A DNA stretch of 63,695 nucleotides, counting the filler, from Choristocarpus tenellus KU-1152 (taxonomy: Eukaryota; Protista; Phaeophyceae), in assembly GCA_964200185.2 (NCBI GenBank). It is 6 parts of 6 records of this genome, joined end to end, with 100 filler letters (N's around TTAATTAATTAA, not from the genome) between each part and the next. Parts side by side here need not be neighbours in the genome. Positions count along the whole stretch, not along the records: positions 1 to 28,289 come from CAXNAD020000128.1; positions 28,390 to 41,727 come from CAXNAD020001521.1; 4 more parts are not named here. The stretch is one strand, 5' to 3'. Below are positions 25,001-38,800 of the stretch, in pieces. Each line of letters opens with the position of its first letter. The first letter of the stretch is position 1. The translations under genes were made by a program, and so were the position numbers. Under the pieces are notes generated by a model. It was not told the origin of the DNA and did no database searches. It was given only the letters and a program-made list of their open reading frames with translations.

Positions 25001-27875
25001 GTTGTTACAATGAATAGAGTTGTTATACCTCCTACACACATGCTTCAGAGTAAGCGCGTGTCTAGAGATTTCCACCAACTACCTGCGTGAGCAAAATGTT
25101 TAGTATCATTATTTTTCGTGTGGTATGTTTGAAGTACAAGTGCCTGGTCGACTTACCTAACCCCCCACCCCCACCCCCTCCCAAATTGGTGCCTCAACAC
25201 AGTTTGTTGGACAAATACGACCTCTCTTGCACCTAACATAGTTTCACTCGAATGCCAAACATTGTCTTCACCGTGCTCACTCTTTCCACCAACGCACCTA
25301 CTGAATGGATCCCCCCCACAACTCGTCTCATTTTGCTACAAAGGCGTGGTTACATTCACGCCACCACAATATACCTTGACAATGATGTCGCTCCAAAGGC
25401 AGTTAGTGTCAATAGCTGAACTCAAGAGGCAGTCCTGTCTTGTCCTGTTTCCCTTGTCCTTCCACACTACTTCCAGGAAGCAGACTTCAGATCGTTTGAT
25501 CTAGATGATGTAGACCGTGCATTTGGTCAGTTCAAAACCCTCAAGTACTCGCAGCACCTCAGCTTCTCGGTGGGTAGGGTCACGGCTTGAGTTTGATTGT
25601 TTACTTTTTTATTTTGGTATATTGTGCAGATAGCTTTTGTTTTTTGCATACTTTATTTTCTTTTTTCAGTAGTCGGGGTGTAGTAAGGCATTGGCTTTTT
25701 GGCTTCTGAGAAGTGGAGGGGGAGTGAAGGAGAGGGGCCGGTGAGGTGAGAGGACAGGGATGGCAAGAGGTGTCTCTTTTTTGTTATTGCTTGCTCTCCA
25801 AAGAGTGTGTGCGTGTGTGCGTGTGTGTGTGTGTGTTGTACCCCTTGCGGTTGAGGATGACCTCAAATGAGACGAGGTTTTTTTCTCAAGTTGCATACAC
25901 AGAATTGTAATCTGACTGTGGTGCAAGGGTAGGCATGATATCGAGAATTTCTGACCCGAAGTATCTGGGGGGGAGGGGGGGGGGGGGCTACACCAGGGTG
26001 GGTGTCCATTTGGGCCAAAATCAGGAAAAGAGCACTTACATGATCCATCTGAAGTATGAAACCGAATCACACAAAAATCGCAACATGAAAAAATTGACCC
26101 CAAATGGACAGCCACCACCCCCCACACAGATACTTTGAGCCTCTGTATCTTGAGTTCAACATACTTTTTTGTGTTTTATTTTCCCCTTGTTAGTGGTACT
26201 TCGAAGGTGCCTGTAGAGTACACTTCCAGAAAAATTACATTTTGTTTTTACAGGTTTTTCAGTGTGTTGTCAGTGTCCATTCAAGAAATTGCACAACATA
26301 ATGTGCGTCTTAGTGTGTGCAATAGGTGTACGCCGATGTGTTTTTGCTTTACCCATCCGGCTCTCTGTCCTTGGACCTCTCTTTCCTCTTCATCTTCCTT
26401 CACGCCACATGTGTGTGACATTAATGCCACTGAATGACATTAATGCCTCTCGCGTACAATTGGAGTATGCCACTGAATTTCTACCAAACCAGACAAAAGC
26501 ATTTTTGAACAAGATATGGTATTTGCTTGGGCATGAGGTTGTCCCAACATCCTTCCTCCCACTTAGCAGGAGAAGGGTCCTGTCAGACTTGCCGCCTTGC
26601 TGACAACTGTAACTGTAGTCAGCGATACCAAGTTTAGAGTCAGTCTTCCCCGCCTTCATTGAACAGAAACAAACAAGGCGCTGCCGATTGGGGGATGATT
26701 TGTATAGGTCCTTGCAATTGGTCGCCTCTGCTGCACAACCCGTTTTTGAAGATGTGTTGTTGGAGTCCTTGGTGGTGGTGTCGGGGTATGTTGGGAATAG
26801 GACGAACTTTCTTATCATTCGTTAGTTGCTATCTTTTTCAATCGATGGCAAGAATGAGCATGTTGCTGAGAGGCTTTATTTGAAGGGTTGCAGGGTTGAT
26901 TGGACTTGCCTTCAAACTTTGCTGTTGATACTCGTGGACGTTTTGGGGCGGACCCTTTCAGTGAAAGAACACTCTCTCCTCTCCTCTCCCCTCTGCTTTC
27001 CTTTCTCCTGTCCAACTATCATAGAGTCCTCATGTTTGATGTTTGATGTTTGCCAATAAAAGGCGGTACAGCACTCTGTTGTCCCTGATCCTCTCCGTGC
27101 TGCCTTTGTGTGTTTGTCGTCGGTTGAGGCAGGATCGGGGAGCAGGTATAACCATAACACCTTATGGGGCAGGGCGCATGATTGGTGCTGCAGTGTGGCG
27201 TGTGTCCTGGCAGACAGATGATAATGACATAGTCTATGCCACAGCCTACAATCACAAGCCAGAACTGTGGGTCATGCCTGTGTGTGTGTGTGTGTTTTAT
27301 TTCTTTATACAGAAAAAAAAAAATGGCCAGTGGATGTGTTATCACCCAGGCCATGCTCGGTGTGGTGTTGGAGGCGAGGAGATGTGGGGTGGGAAGGACC
27401 CTCCACACTGCTTATGTTATTAAATGGTACTGACGGCATGGTGTGTTAGTGTGTTAGTGTGTTGGTGGTGAACACGGCATGACTGGGGGTGTTTTGGTCC
27501 AATCATCGATAAAGCTTTGTCCCTATCCATTTGAAACCTCATTTTATTTTTTCGGAACCCTTCTGGGCAGGCGTTTATATCATTTTTTTTCCTGTCCTCT
27601 CCCTTCCATTCTTTTGTAGCAAGGGGGAGGGAGGAGACAAGAGAAGTGAGATCCTTTGACAAAGGCCTGTGCTGGTGCCTCTCTATTACAATGCAATGTC
27701 ACTCCGAAACATGTATTAGTTCATGACCTGCAATCCCTATAGCAGGTTTGATAGCAACCGACTTATTAACACACAAATACGTAAGTACATTGTCCTTCCT
27801 CTCTTTTTCTTTTTTCTTTTTCAGGCGAGTGAGCTCTATTTCGTTTTTCCAGCCATCCAAGGCTTGACTCTCCCC

Positions 27876-27912
<37 letters not shown>

Positions 27913-28170
27913 CCCCCCCCCCCCCCCCCCCCCCCATTGCATACTTTTTCTACCCCTAACCCTAACCCCTCTCCATCATCCTCCATTCCGAAAGGCACCT
28001 TGATCCTTCGGCACTTGGGACGCTAAGCCGCCCAAGCGTTCTAATCACAGATGCTCACAACGCCCTTACAGAGGTGAAGAGCAAGAAATTTCGCGAGGCC
28101 CGATTGCTGTCTGTTGTCATGGACACTGTCAGGGGCGGGGGAAACGTTCTCCTGCCTACAGATACCGCCG
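22029..28170 (+). CDS. CPSF2: Cleavage and polyadenylation specificity factor subunit 2 (CPSF100), 5' part; exons 22029-22151, 22579-22713, 23466-23582, 25477-25569, 27133-27266, 27995-28170; cut by contig end
   Basis: Frame-consistent splicing gives VVFTPLYG...ILLDCGWN...[26 protein letters not shown]...ATLPVVKMGQMVVYDAY...FDLDDVDRAF...LKYSQ...ITITPYGAGRMIGAAVWRV...RPSVLITDA...GGGNVLLPTDTAG. The degenerate metallo-beta-lactamase motif SHPDxxHLG marks CPSF100 rather than CPSF73. Confidence 0.95.
25953..26140. mobile_element. MITE family B (termini AAGTATCT-polyG ... polyC-AGATACTT) in CPSF2 intron 4
   Basis: Left end AAGTATCTGGGGGG...GGGTGTCCATTTG and right end CAAATGGACAGCC...CCCCC..AGATACTTTGAGCC are imperfect inverted repeats. 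Similar ends occur at 28390-28423, 45659-45679, 50181-50232 and 59883-59910. Confidence 0.65.
27876..27968. repeat. Poly-C tract followed by (CCCTAA)2 in CPSF2 intron 5
   Basis: ~60-nt C run at ~27876-27935; CCCTAACCCTAACCCC at ~27954-27969. Confidence 0.7.
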
Positions 28171-28289
28171 GTGAGAATTCTTTTTGTTCTATAGTGCTTG
28201 CAGATTGCGTTGCGTGTGACTCCAGAATTGGTTTGTAGGTTACTGGATGAGTTTGGGGGGGGGGGGGGGGGGGGGGCTGATTGATGCGG

Positions 28290-28389
28290 NNNNNNNNNNN
28301 NNNNNNNNNNNNNNNNNNNNNNNNNNNNNNNNNTTAATTAATTAANNNNNNNNNNNNNNNNNNNNNNNNNNNNNNNNNNNNNNNNNNNN
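28290..28389. other. Artificial contig linker
   Basis: 44 N + TTAATTAATTAA (stops in all six frames) + 44 N. Confidence 0.98.
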
Positions 28390-28429
28390 CCCCCCCCCCC
28401 CCCCCCCCAAGATACTTTGACCCTTGTAC

Positions 28430-29600
28430 ACCACAAAAACGAGCGGCCAAGCCCTCTCAAGTGTGGTTTCGTCATGCTCCTCACACTGTTTCTTAATGGC
28501 CTTCACCATCTCCTAGACGGACTCAAACTGCTCCCCCATCACCCGGCATTTCAAAGACCTGAAGAAGCACAGGTCCATGATATTGAGGTCGGGGGAGTTA
28601 GATGGCTGTGTCACAAACCTAATCGACCACCCCTCAGTCTTCCCTGCCCCTGACAAGACTTCTGAGTTGCCCTTGCCTGTGTAGGGGGTGACACTGTCTT
28701 GCTGAACGACAACGTGCTTCCCCTGCAACCAAGGCATCTTGATCTTGATTGTAGGCAGTAACTCCTCCGTGTACCACTTCCTGTACCACAAATGGTCTAA
28801 AGCACAGTCCTGTTCATACACATCCCATACTTGTTATGGTTCTTGCTTGTCATGTCCGCCGTTTTTGGCGCACACACACGCCAAACACCAAGCTTTCCAT
28901 CAAAGCTGGGAGTCGAATCTGGGCGGGCGTTGGCTTCAATGATCATGGTTTTGGGGATATGACTCTTGTGCAGCATAGGAGGGGACCCTGGTAGGTCGCT
29001 ATCATCCTCATGCGGAAATACCCCAACCCTTTCCCTATCAGTCACCAGGTAAAACCAGATTTCAGCCACATGGATCGTGTTCACCATGAGGCGCACACAC
29101 CCCCTTGTCCAGTCTACTTGATCGAAAACAAAGTCCATTCTCCATACCTTTTGCGACTATTTAAGCTTGGGTTTGATCCAGTGGCGATTTGGCATGACCC
29201 CCATATCATTCAGCCACCTGTTTATGGTGCCCGTGCTATAATTCAGCCCCTCGGTGACCTTCTTCATTGTTATCTGACGCATTGTGGATGACCGATTATC
29301 GGAGTTGATACTATATATTGCGGCCATCTTGGTGTGAATTCTGAAGGCCGCCCACTACGTGCCACCACCCCTAGGTCATGCTTGTGGCCACGGGCAAGCT
29401 GATTGTTGACATCCTCCCAGAGCTCTCACATGAAACGGTCAGACACTCCAAACTCCACCGCAAGGAATGACCCAACCTGTTGCAGCAGTTTATGCTCACC
29501 AGGGACCATCGCGAGGGTGTGCTGCACTGGAATCGCAACCGTGGTATTCAGGAACACTTGGACACCCTTCCTACGCAGGTGGGTCGATGGGGGGGTTGCC
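28430..29600 (-). mobile_element. Decayed Tc1/mariner transposase, plant DD39D-like lineage
   Basis: Frameshifted ORFs 28797-29138 (TIHVAEIWFY, HKSHIPKTM, ARP...FDGKLGVW) and 28513-28821 (LLPTIKIKMPW, VVVQQD, QPSNSPDLNIMDLCFFRSL) match plant mariner-like motifs VHIDEKWF, FDGKIG.W, QQDNA and QPPNSPDLNxLDLGFF. The first catalytic Asp is replaced by Ala. TIRs were not located. Confidence 0.9.
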
Positions 29601-30466
29601 ATGCCTACGTTCTGACCCTCAACGTGCCCAGTTCTGGCCTCAAGATCACCCCAAAAGACTCCTACTTCGACAGCTTAAAGCACCTCGAGTTTCTACCTGA
29701 TGATCCCCGACCCCCACCTTTTCTGATAGCTGAGATTGTCACCCGTTTTCATTCTATGGGGCTATCGTCCAATTTGGCACCGTTCTCGCTCGACGAGCCC
29801 AGATGTTTCGCTGCTCAAACTTATGGCACAGAGGTAGTAGGATTTTAGACTACTTCAGACGGATATATGGCATGTGAGATATTCACAATTTGATCATTAA
29901 AATATATTCTGAATGGGGTGAAAATAAGCTGATTTATGAGCTCTAGATATACCTCGAGCTATGTATGTTAGATTCTCACTGGTAGACTACCACCTTCATT
30001 CAAGCACGCAATTTCATACTTGGTCGATGTCAGATAACCCGTCAAGCTTCAGTGGGCATGTGGCAAGCATTACAGAGCCGTAAACCTGGATAGTTCCTTC
30101 TGTCGCTAAACTACAAAGTATCATACGACACACTGAGGTGATGCAAAGGCTTCATTGAGACCAAGGCAAGTAATGGAAATGATTAGAGGGAGGAGGTGGA
30201 GCAATAAGTGGTGGGATGACTCAACCCATTGCATAATAAACGTTGAGAACACATAAGGAATGGTGTAAGAAGCCATAGTGCAACAGGAAGTTTGTAAAAA
30301 AGGAGAAATAGTGCTGTGCAGTGCCTCTGACATGGGTCAGGGCCAGATACGATCAAGACAGTAGTTCCAATTCTAGACTGCAGTGAGGCAAAACCAATAG
30401 AAAACAAACACATTAACGTACATACTAGAGCGTGAAATATGACGTTTTATCAAGGGGAAGGCTTAC

Positions 30467-32767
30467 ATGGAACTCTGAGTTGACAATTACAAAGGCAAAA
30501 CCGCCCCTACTCCTCGCTGTGTTGTATCGGAAGTCCCCGCCAGAGATCAGAATAGATGAACCGCGAGAGGAATAGAGGCAGCCTGCATCCTCCGCATCAT
30601 TTTCATGCCAAGTTCCTCCAAGAATCCGTACTGAGGCACCATAAGATGCAAAAAGTGCTCCCGCATCTTCCTCGCCCTTGTTTCCTGTAAAATTCCCAGA
30701 CATGATGAGCACTTCACCTTTTGCCCAAATGACCCCTCCTTTCTTTCATGTGTAAGAAATTGAAGAGAAGAACAGGAGAACAACAAGAGAACAAGATAAC
30801 AGGAGAATAGGATTAGGTCATGAAGGCAACATTACACGAAATCTACGTTGATATGATCCCTTGTCCAGACTTCCAAAAATGGATGTAGGATAGATGAAAA
30901 AAAAGGACACACAGATCACTGCATGAGAGGAAACTAATTCTTGGTCAAGGGTTCAGGTCCTAACACAGTTACGGTTCAGTGAATACAAGGTGAGCAGCAA
31001 TCTTAAAGTAAGGCTCTCATAGGATCATCTCACTTGTAAGGAAAATATTTAACTCTGTGAGAATGTCTGCTTTTCTAAAGCACTGACTGACAATATTGCA
31101 ACTGTCTTTCTGGGCATTCTACGGTTCAACATGAATGCACTACTGAACTCTAGACACGAGCTGGGACAGGGACACACTGCAGACCTCCACTTACACGTCC
31201 CGCTGTGTTATCTGTAAACGCTCCGTTGTGTATGGTGACAATGGTGCTGGACTTCGCATAGAGAACACCTCCAGAGGTCTCCGTTGCCGTGTTTCTGGAG
31301 AAATTGCCTGACCATATGAGTAGAGTAGAATCTGGATCTATTTTAATGGCTCCACCATTCTCGAGTGCCTTGTTGACCACAAATTCAGATGACAATATCT
31401 CAACATACGAGAAATCGCCCATCGAAATTGCACCACCCTGCAAAAAATGGTGAAGGGTCCAGTAGGGCAATAATTCGTACTGCATATACATATATGGCTG
31501 ATCTAGAGCAGAGAAAGAGATCTACCATACACATCTTCAACTCCCAAGTAGGGTGCAAATGATGAGAGTTTCGACATGAATTTTTCCCACTGTACTATTT
31601 CATGCCGACTTGCTCTTTTTCCAGATTTTGTGATGGGAACAAAGAAGCAACAATATAAAACGAATCCAACATCCACAACAATAGTGGTTCCCTAGCCCCT
31701 CACTCTGGGGTGCAGAGCTAAGGTAGATTGGAGGCGCAGGAAGGCAGTGGTGTAGCATAGCTGGTAGTAAAATAGTAAATTGATTAATGTCTTTCGCAAT
31801 ATGACAGCTGTTACTTTTTTAGAGGTTATTCTGACATGTTTATAGTTTTAATAGTTTTTTCCCCTGGCACATCGCAAAATGTCAGAGGGCATAATAACAA
31901 AAAATATATGGAGCGCACATGACCATAACAAATTAAGGTGACATTGGTTAGAGTGACCGTATCTCAGCAAATATGATATAATTCATGAAAGTACATACTT
32001 CGAGTTGGTGTATGATAGGTGATAAATCAATATAGTCATTGGTTTTTGGGTGGCTAAAATGCTCAAGGTCTCTATCACAGACTTGTCGAAGTTCGTTATG
32101 AAAGGGGAAAAATTACTCAATATTTGTACTTCCTACCTAGAGATGAGTTGTATCCAAAGGCTCATCATGGTAGTGATTTCACACCTCAGTACGGTAACAG
32201 TATTTTATTACATCACTTTTTTCATCCTCTTTAATATTTCTAGACAGGAGCAATCCATTATCTTCCCTGTATGATTGCAGTAATAGTTTTCTACATAATA
32301 GCACAATTCTTCAACCAGAAATGCTTAAGGCACAAAGAATTAATACGAAAACTTCAGATCCAACTAAATTAATTGAAGAGTCAGTATTAGATTATTTGTT
32401 GGAAGTATGGAAAAACCGTGGTACTGTACGTACGATAAGGTATACATTGGTATATTGTCGTGGTCGAATGTGATGGTGCAATCATGCACAACCATAGTAC
32501 CAAATTAAGCCCAGAAATTGTCGGGCCAAGATGTTGAGACCAAATCGGAGATTCTGCACAATCAGATATTTGGTGAAGTAGTATGTTAAGGTGTAGATTG
32601 TAGAGATGTATAATAGAACTCAAACTTAAAAAAACTCGGAAAGAGAAACAACAGGTTCCTTGGGCTTGGACCTTTTTTTTTTCAGAGTCAGTACTTGTAA
32701 CATTTCTTGGTATTACACTATGTACACAAGAGATTCGGTAATGGTAACATAGACAAACCGACAGACC

Positions 32768-32805
<38 letters not shown>

Positions 32806-35800
32806 AAAAAGGAGGGAGGGACAGGAATCACTTGGTATTGCACGGTATGCACGTGAGAAGGATCCTAAATGTTGTAAGGCCTCTTTCAAGGAATAACCAC
32901 ACAATAGCAAGAATCATATCTTGGTGGAAAGGTTTGGGCGCCTCGGCAAGCAAGGCAAAGAGAAAGTCTTCTGGATGAGTTGGCTACGAGGGGGGAGAAG
33001 GGCGGGAGGCTACAGCAGGAAAGGAGTTGTCAAATTCCGTTTACGGCAGATAGTGTCCGTGACAACACAAGTGGCTGTATCAAGACGTGTCATGCGTTTT
33101 AAGCTGAAGACACCAGGGAGATGGGCAAGGAGGGACTTGTTAGATTCTTAGGATGCTTCCCTAGCTCCTCGCCCTGTGGTGTAGGGCTAAACTAGGTTGG
33201 AGGCATAGGAGGGGAGTGGTGTAGCTTAGCTGGCTATCAAAGAGTATATAAGCGACAGGAAAATATCTTTCACAGTGTTACTTTTACAAATGTTCTTATG
33301 ATATTGAATATGCGTTTGATTGATTTTTCCCCTGACACATCTGTAAAATATCAGAGGGCATAATTATATATGGTACAGTCCTTCTGGAATTACCATGGTA
33401 TGGTACAGGAGGGATTATTGTTGAATATTTTAGACCACATATGTGACGTAATTCTGGAATTACAATGGTACAATACAGAAGTAATTCCCCATCATCAAAA
33501 TCCTACAGTTCAATGGACTACCATAAAATATATCGTAGCCATATATTATGCCCTCTACATTTTGTAGATGTGTCAGGGAAAACGTCAATTCAATAATTAA
33601 AACCATATCCTAGTAGATATTACCGTGACAAGGCATGGTTGTATGATCTCATAGAGAGAGTTTGCTAATAGTTCAAAGATCAAGTACTCAGATTACTTAT
33701 TGTCCATATAATTCAATGCACACTCTGAGGGTATCATAGGATGAGTTTGGTTACCTTGTGAAAACCACCACCATGCATACACATAGCTCCCCACTTCCCA
33801 ACTTTGAACTTGCTCCTGCTACTACTGGTGGTGTTGCAAAAATCTCACCTACTCCACGAGGAAATCACAACTCCAAGGATGAGAACCTCAGCAGTCAAGC
33901 ATCAAAGGCCGAATATTTTGACTTTCACAAACCCACACTGACGAACTGCTACTACTAAACCTGACTACCTTTCATGGAAACCGCCAAATGAAATAGAAAG
34001 CATTTCAGACCAAGAAATATGTATTATATCCTATAAGCAATGCTCAGGCTTCAGTTACAAGTGCCTCAGGCGCATGCAAACTTGCAACACCCCTAGTTCC
34101 GAATATTGGATTTTGCAATCATATTTATGGTTGTAATATATTTATCAACACACACGGTATCTAAGAGAGTCCCAGGCGAGGGGGAAATATGTTGCTTGTC
34201 AACAAATCCAACGAAAAAGATCTTAAATTCGGTTTGAGGGCAACAACACAAAAATTAGGTTTTCTTGACTAGGTCGGGTAGATTTGAACTTATTGGTTTG
34301 TCCTCATTCGCTACAATTGTAATATTGTGGTTCATCTTGAGGTCAGAGTCAGCAAGCATGGTAGGGAGGTATTTCTTGTCTCCCAGTTTTAATATGACCA
34401 TTCACCATATCGGGTCGTTTTGCGGTCTGGCAGCTGGACCAAGTCCCCTAACGTGCAGAACGGCCCCTTCAAAATCTCTGACAGACCTGGACTGTCTCTA
34501 TCGACATAGTTTGTTGGGCTGACCCAGGTCAAACACATTTTACACACCATATCAGTCAATTCAAGATATCACTCTCCAACTTAGCCCTAATTTGCTGTTC
34601 ATAACGCTAGCAATAACTCCCCTGAATAGTCACATACAAATCAGTCAATTCAAGATATCACTCTCCAACTTAGCCCTAATTTGCTGTTCATAACGCTAGC
34701 AATAACTCCCCTGAATAGTCACATACAAGGTGGACAAATTATCTGTATCTCTAACTCATGATAAATGTTCAACTGCCATCTATCACTCTTCCCAACTAAC
34801 TTGTACATTCTACAGCTAAAGTCGTCCAGTTCATCAGCAACACCACTATAACAACACAACAGGAATTGATACCACACACGCAAATTCAACGGCACAACAC
34901 TACCACCCGATCATATTGTTTAACCACAATTTGAACTCATTTGGTCAAACAACAGAGAATGTAGTCAAACTGGGCTGCGGACCAACTCGGTTGAGAAAGT
35001 CTAGGAAGGGCCAGGCCTAAGCCGTCAAGAAGGTAAACCAGACTGGGCTGTGACCCGGCCTAGGTGGAACATGTCTTAAACAGAGCCGTCACATGGCCCC
35101 AATCCGGCCAGTCAGTTCAGTTAATTGTCAGTCCGGTGAAAAGACCTTACACTAAACACGTGAGCTTACCTTCCTAGTATGTACTTTGAAGTAATACGTA
35201 TATTACGTGCATACATCAAAAAAGGTTTTCCTCCGACCTGCTTGTGTAGATCAAAACATCTCACTGTTAAGCTCGGGGGCATCAGCATGGCATCATGTCG
35301 AATGTGTGGAATTTCTCTTGTGCGCACTATCTGCACAAAAAAATGAATGCATAAGAAAGCAGGAGTACTAATTCCTTGGCGGGTGATTTCATCTATATAT
35401 AGAAATTCAACCCTAAGCTTTGTGGAACTATAAAAGTCCTGCACAACATAGAATATATAACATCTACAGTAAGATCTTGCATAGTGCAGAAAATTCACAG
35501 TTAATGCGCATGCCAACCTGGCTCAACAATAGACCCATAAACACATCTGACGACCCTCAACCAACCCTGTATAATCATAATATTAATGGGGCTAGTCCCA
35601 AACTTGTTCCTTCGTGTTAAAACCTCTGACAGTCCAGGGATCCGTCCCGTCAGAAAATGATATCACAGAGCCAACCCATGGACTGGTAACATCACAGATT
35701 CTCAACCCTGTGAAGGACCCTGGATTTTATATAACCTCAATGCACGATTGCTACTCCACCAGGCACAGCCATGTTCAAGCAAGTGTACACTATACCTTAG

Positions 35801-38800
35801 TAATTCCTCTAGCAGAACACAGTGGACGCAATTGAGCTAAGAGAAAGATAGGTTCAAAGGTACCGTATATAGATTATGTCCAGCAACGCATATGTGAGCG
35901 AGCATGTTCACTAGAGCATGCACCTTGAATCAAGCGGAAAACTAATTCAAGTTTGTACATTTTGCGTGCACCCTCCCTACGAGGTGGTGTTGTGCCTTTA
36001 GGGTACACTGCACAACTTGTGTACAGCCTCCATGCTCTTACTCAGTCACCCCTTTGCAGCAGACAGTCTAGTGGTGTACAATTAAGACATGAAATTTACA
36101 TTAAATGCTATCCTCTATCTGTTCTTCAAACAGGGGACTTGGGTTGCAATGGTAGTCTGCCCACATCCATGCCAACGTTCCCTAGACGTTGACCTCATAA
36201 TCGGTAATCTTGCCCAAAACGTTCACACTCCCACACCCATACCACTCTATCCTCCTGAAAAACCTGTAACTAGCTTTGCCAACCCACCAATGATAATGCT
36301 TATAGTAAGGTTTTTCACAGGAGCATGGTGAATTTTGCTGTCAAGTGAATCACTGGCAGCATCGTCACAACTTTCCAGCAACTACAGCATCAGGATAACC
36401 TTCTTTAGCAACAACTTGCATGAATGCTTTTTGCAATCTGAGAGGTGGGGTTAGGAGTTAGAGCTGGGCGATACTGCCATCATCATCTACCAAATCCACT
36501 ATGCCCTTCATGATAAACAATTTCCTGACTTGTGGGAGGTATATCCCAATGCCTATACGGCTGGGGAGTATACATACCTTCAACAATATAGGTTAAAATC
36601 TGGGGGGGCTGATTGATGGTTTCTTTCTTGTGTCAGGGTGCACAATGTCAACAATCAGCTAGTGGGTTGGAGAATTTGGCCTGTACCTCACAAACCACCT
36701 CCTTATGCCACTTCTACTTGTGCTACTCCTCCTACCGAGCTATTCTCATTAGCGATGTTGGCAGTGAAGCAAAGCTGCTAGAGCTTTCTTGTGTGCAATT
36801 TTCATACTCTAATTCGTGATTACCTATAGGTCCAGCACTACTATCGCTGCAAATAGTGTGCTGATGCGCTCGGAGGTTTCATGTCTGTTTTTCCTTAGTT
36901 AAAATTACGTCCCTGTACCCAGGAAAAATGTAGATAATGATAAAAGTGAGATTCAGACGGATAATTGATATAAGTGCCAAAAGATGGACATGACCTGCAC
37001 CACATTTCCACAAAAGGTTCTGCTATTTCACGGCACTAGAAAGGTAAGTACCGCCCCAACAATCAAATGATAATTCTTGGCCTGATAGTCCCACACGAGG
37101 TAATATCCAGCAAAGCTGATTAGAAACCATAAAAAGACCAAACTTTATCTCATCCAATTGGGAACAGTAACGATTGAAGGGAACAAATTTCCTCATCCTT
37201 TCCGCACACTACTCACATTGTTACCAGCCTCATTTCCAGTGAAGACTGTGTCGACCACCAGCACAGTACTACTTTTTCCAACATATACTGCTCCACCTTC
37301 TCCTACTTGGTCATCTCCAACGAAAACACTCGCCGTGTTGTTTTGGAAGACAGATCTTCACCCCTCAGTGTGAGAGAGGGGATAAAGAGGGAGGAATGAG
37401 GAAGCGGAAAGCCTCAGGTGAACAGGCTAGCTGTTAACTCGGGCTAATTGTTGCGACAGAAAATCTATATTATTTGATACATTCACACAATAGTACAACC
37501 CTATAGTGGCAACTGCGAGCAAGCTCCAAGTAATTGGCTAAGCAGACATATATCATCACGCCTGCAAGCATCCAATACCGTCGGAAATGTAATGGAAGGG
37601 GCAAAGAGGAATGGGCTCGAGGAGTCGCATACTCTAAGAGTGGAGGAGTCATGAGTAAAAGTGTCTTAGAGGGTACGTACTCCCTGTTTGTCCATTTGGG
37701 ACTTGGCTCCCCGCGCGTTTTTTGTGACATTTTATCTACTCAAAAATGTTTCGAAGTAGGTAAAATGTGTATGTTATGAAGGTGTGTCCAGAATAAGGAT
37801 ATTAACATTTCCAAACAAGAATATGATTGCCAAAATTACATCAAAATTGCAATGTTGGATTTTCGGTCCCAAATGGACGCGGCTCTACCCTCTAAGATAC
37901 TTTAACTATAATCCAGCTAGCTTGCCTGTCTATTGTGAGCTCAGACATTGAGCCATCGATCATGAGTGCACCCCCACCATCCGCAGCATAGTTGGATTCG
38001 AACAGAGTGGAGGAAATCAAACACACACCACCATTGGATGCCCCGATACAGTCCTCAATATGCAGTCCCCCACCATTGCCAACTTCTGTCGCTGCATTCA
38101 AAAAAAGTATGAATGGGCACATCAATAAGTAGGCAATGCTGGTGAGTCATATAATTGGCGACAAATTCAGAAACTACCCAAAAAATAACGTAGAATTCAA
38201 TAGACTTGTTGCATGTACTGTAGAGTAACAAGAGCAGAGTTTTGCGGAGTTTGTCCCAATGTGACGAACCTATTTATCAACGATGAAACAAGAACTTTCT
38301 ACCACACTGTGGAGTGTTCAAAGTTGAAAATCGTCCATCACACGGTCAAGGAAAGCTATGAGACTTCGCACAAGGTGCGACGTATAACGACTTGTCACAG
38401 ACCACTCTTGGTTCATGGAAATGGAGGTATTCCTACTTTCTACTACTATGCCCGACAATATATATGCGACCACTTCTTCATTCACTGGAAATGTTTTCAA
38501 TGCTGATGTTTTAACGTCCAAGACTCACCAAGGTCTTCAATTATTCCACCAACAGTGTTTTGTATAAATCTTGTGTTGGAAATAGACACGTTCACGTCAG
38601 TCAAGGACACCCCGCCACCCTGTTCCCAAGCAGAGCAGTTCTCGAATAAGGAGCCATTAATTGAGCACGTTGAGGAATTCACCTATGAATAATAAGAGCA
38701 GGAAATATCAGGGAGGAGCAGTGCATGTGGTGGAGAGGCAGAGCTCCAAGCTGTCCACACAGAACGAACACCCCAAAAAAGGGGGACCACTAGCCCACGT

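Noticed and set aside
27954-27969. Telomere-like CCCTAA repeats
   Set aside because: Only ~2.5 units next to a splice acceptor; more likely branch-point-like (CTAAC) or chance sequence.
27699-27998. Poly-Gly and poly-Pro ORFs
   Set aside because: Translations of an intronic C homopolymer.
28334-28345. Recurring TTAATTAATTAA as a biological motif
   Set aside because: Always centred in exactly 88 Ns; it is an artificial linker.
38213-38506. ORF containing PLLVHGNG, resembling a PLOD-type glycosyltransferase motif
   Set aside because: Isolated motif antisense within an intron, with no supporting exons.
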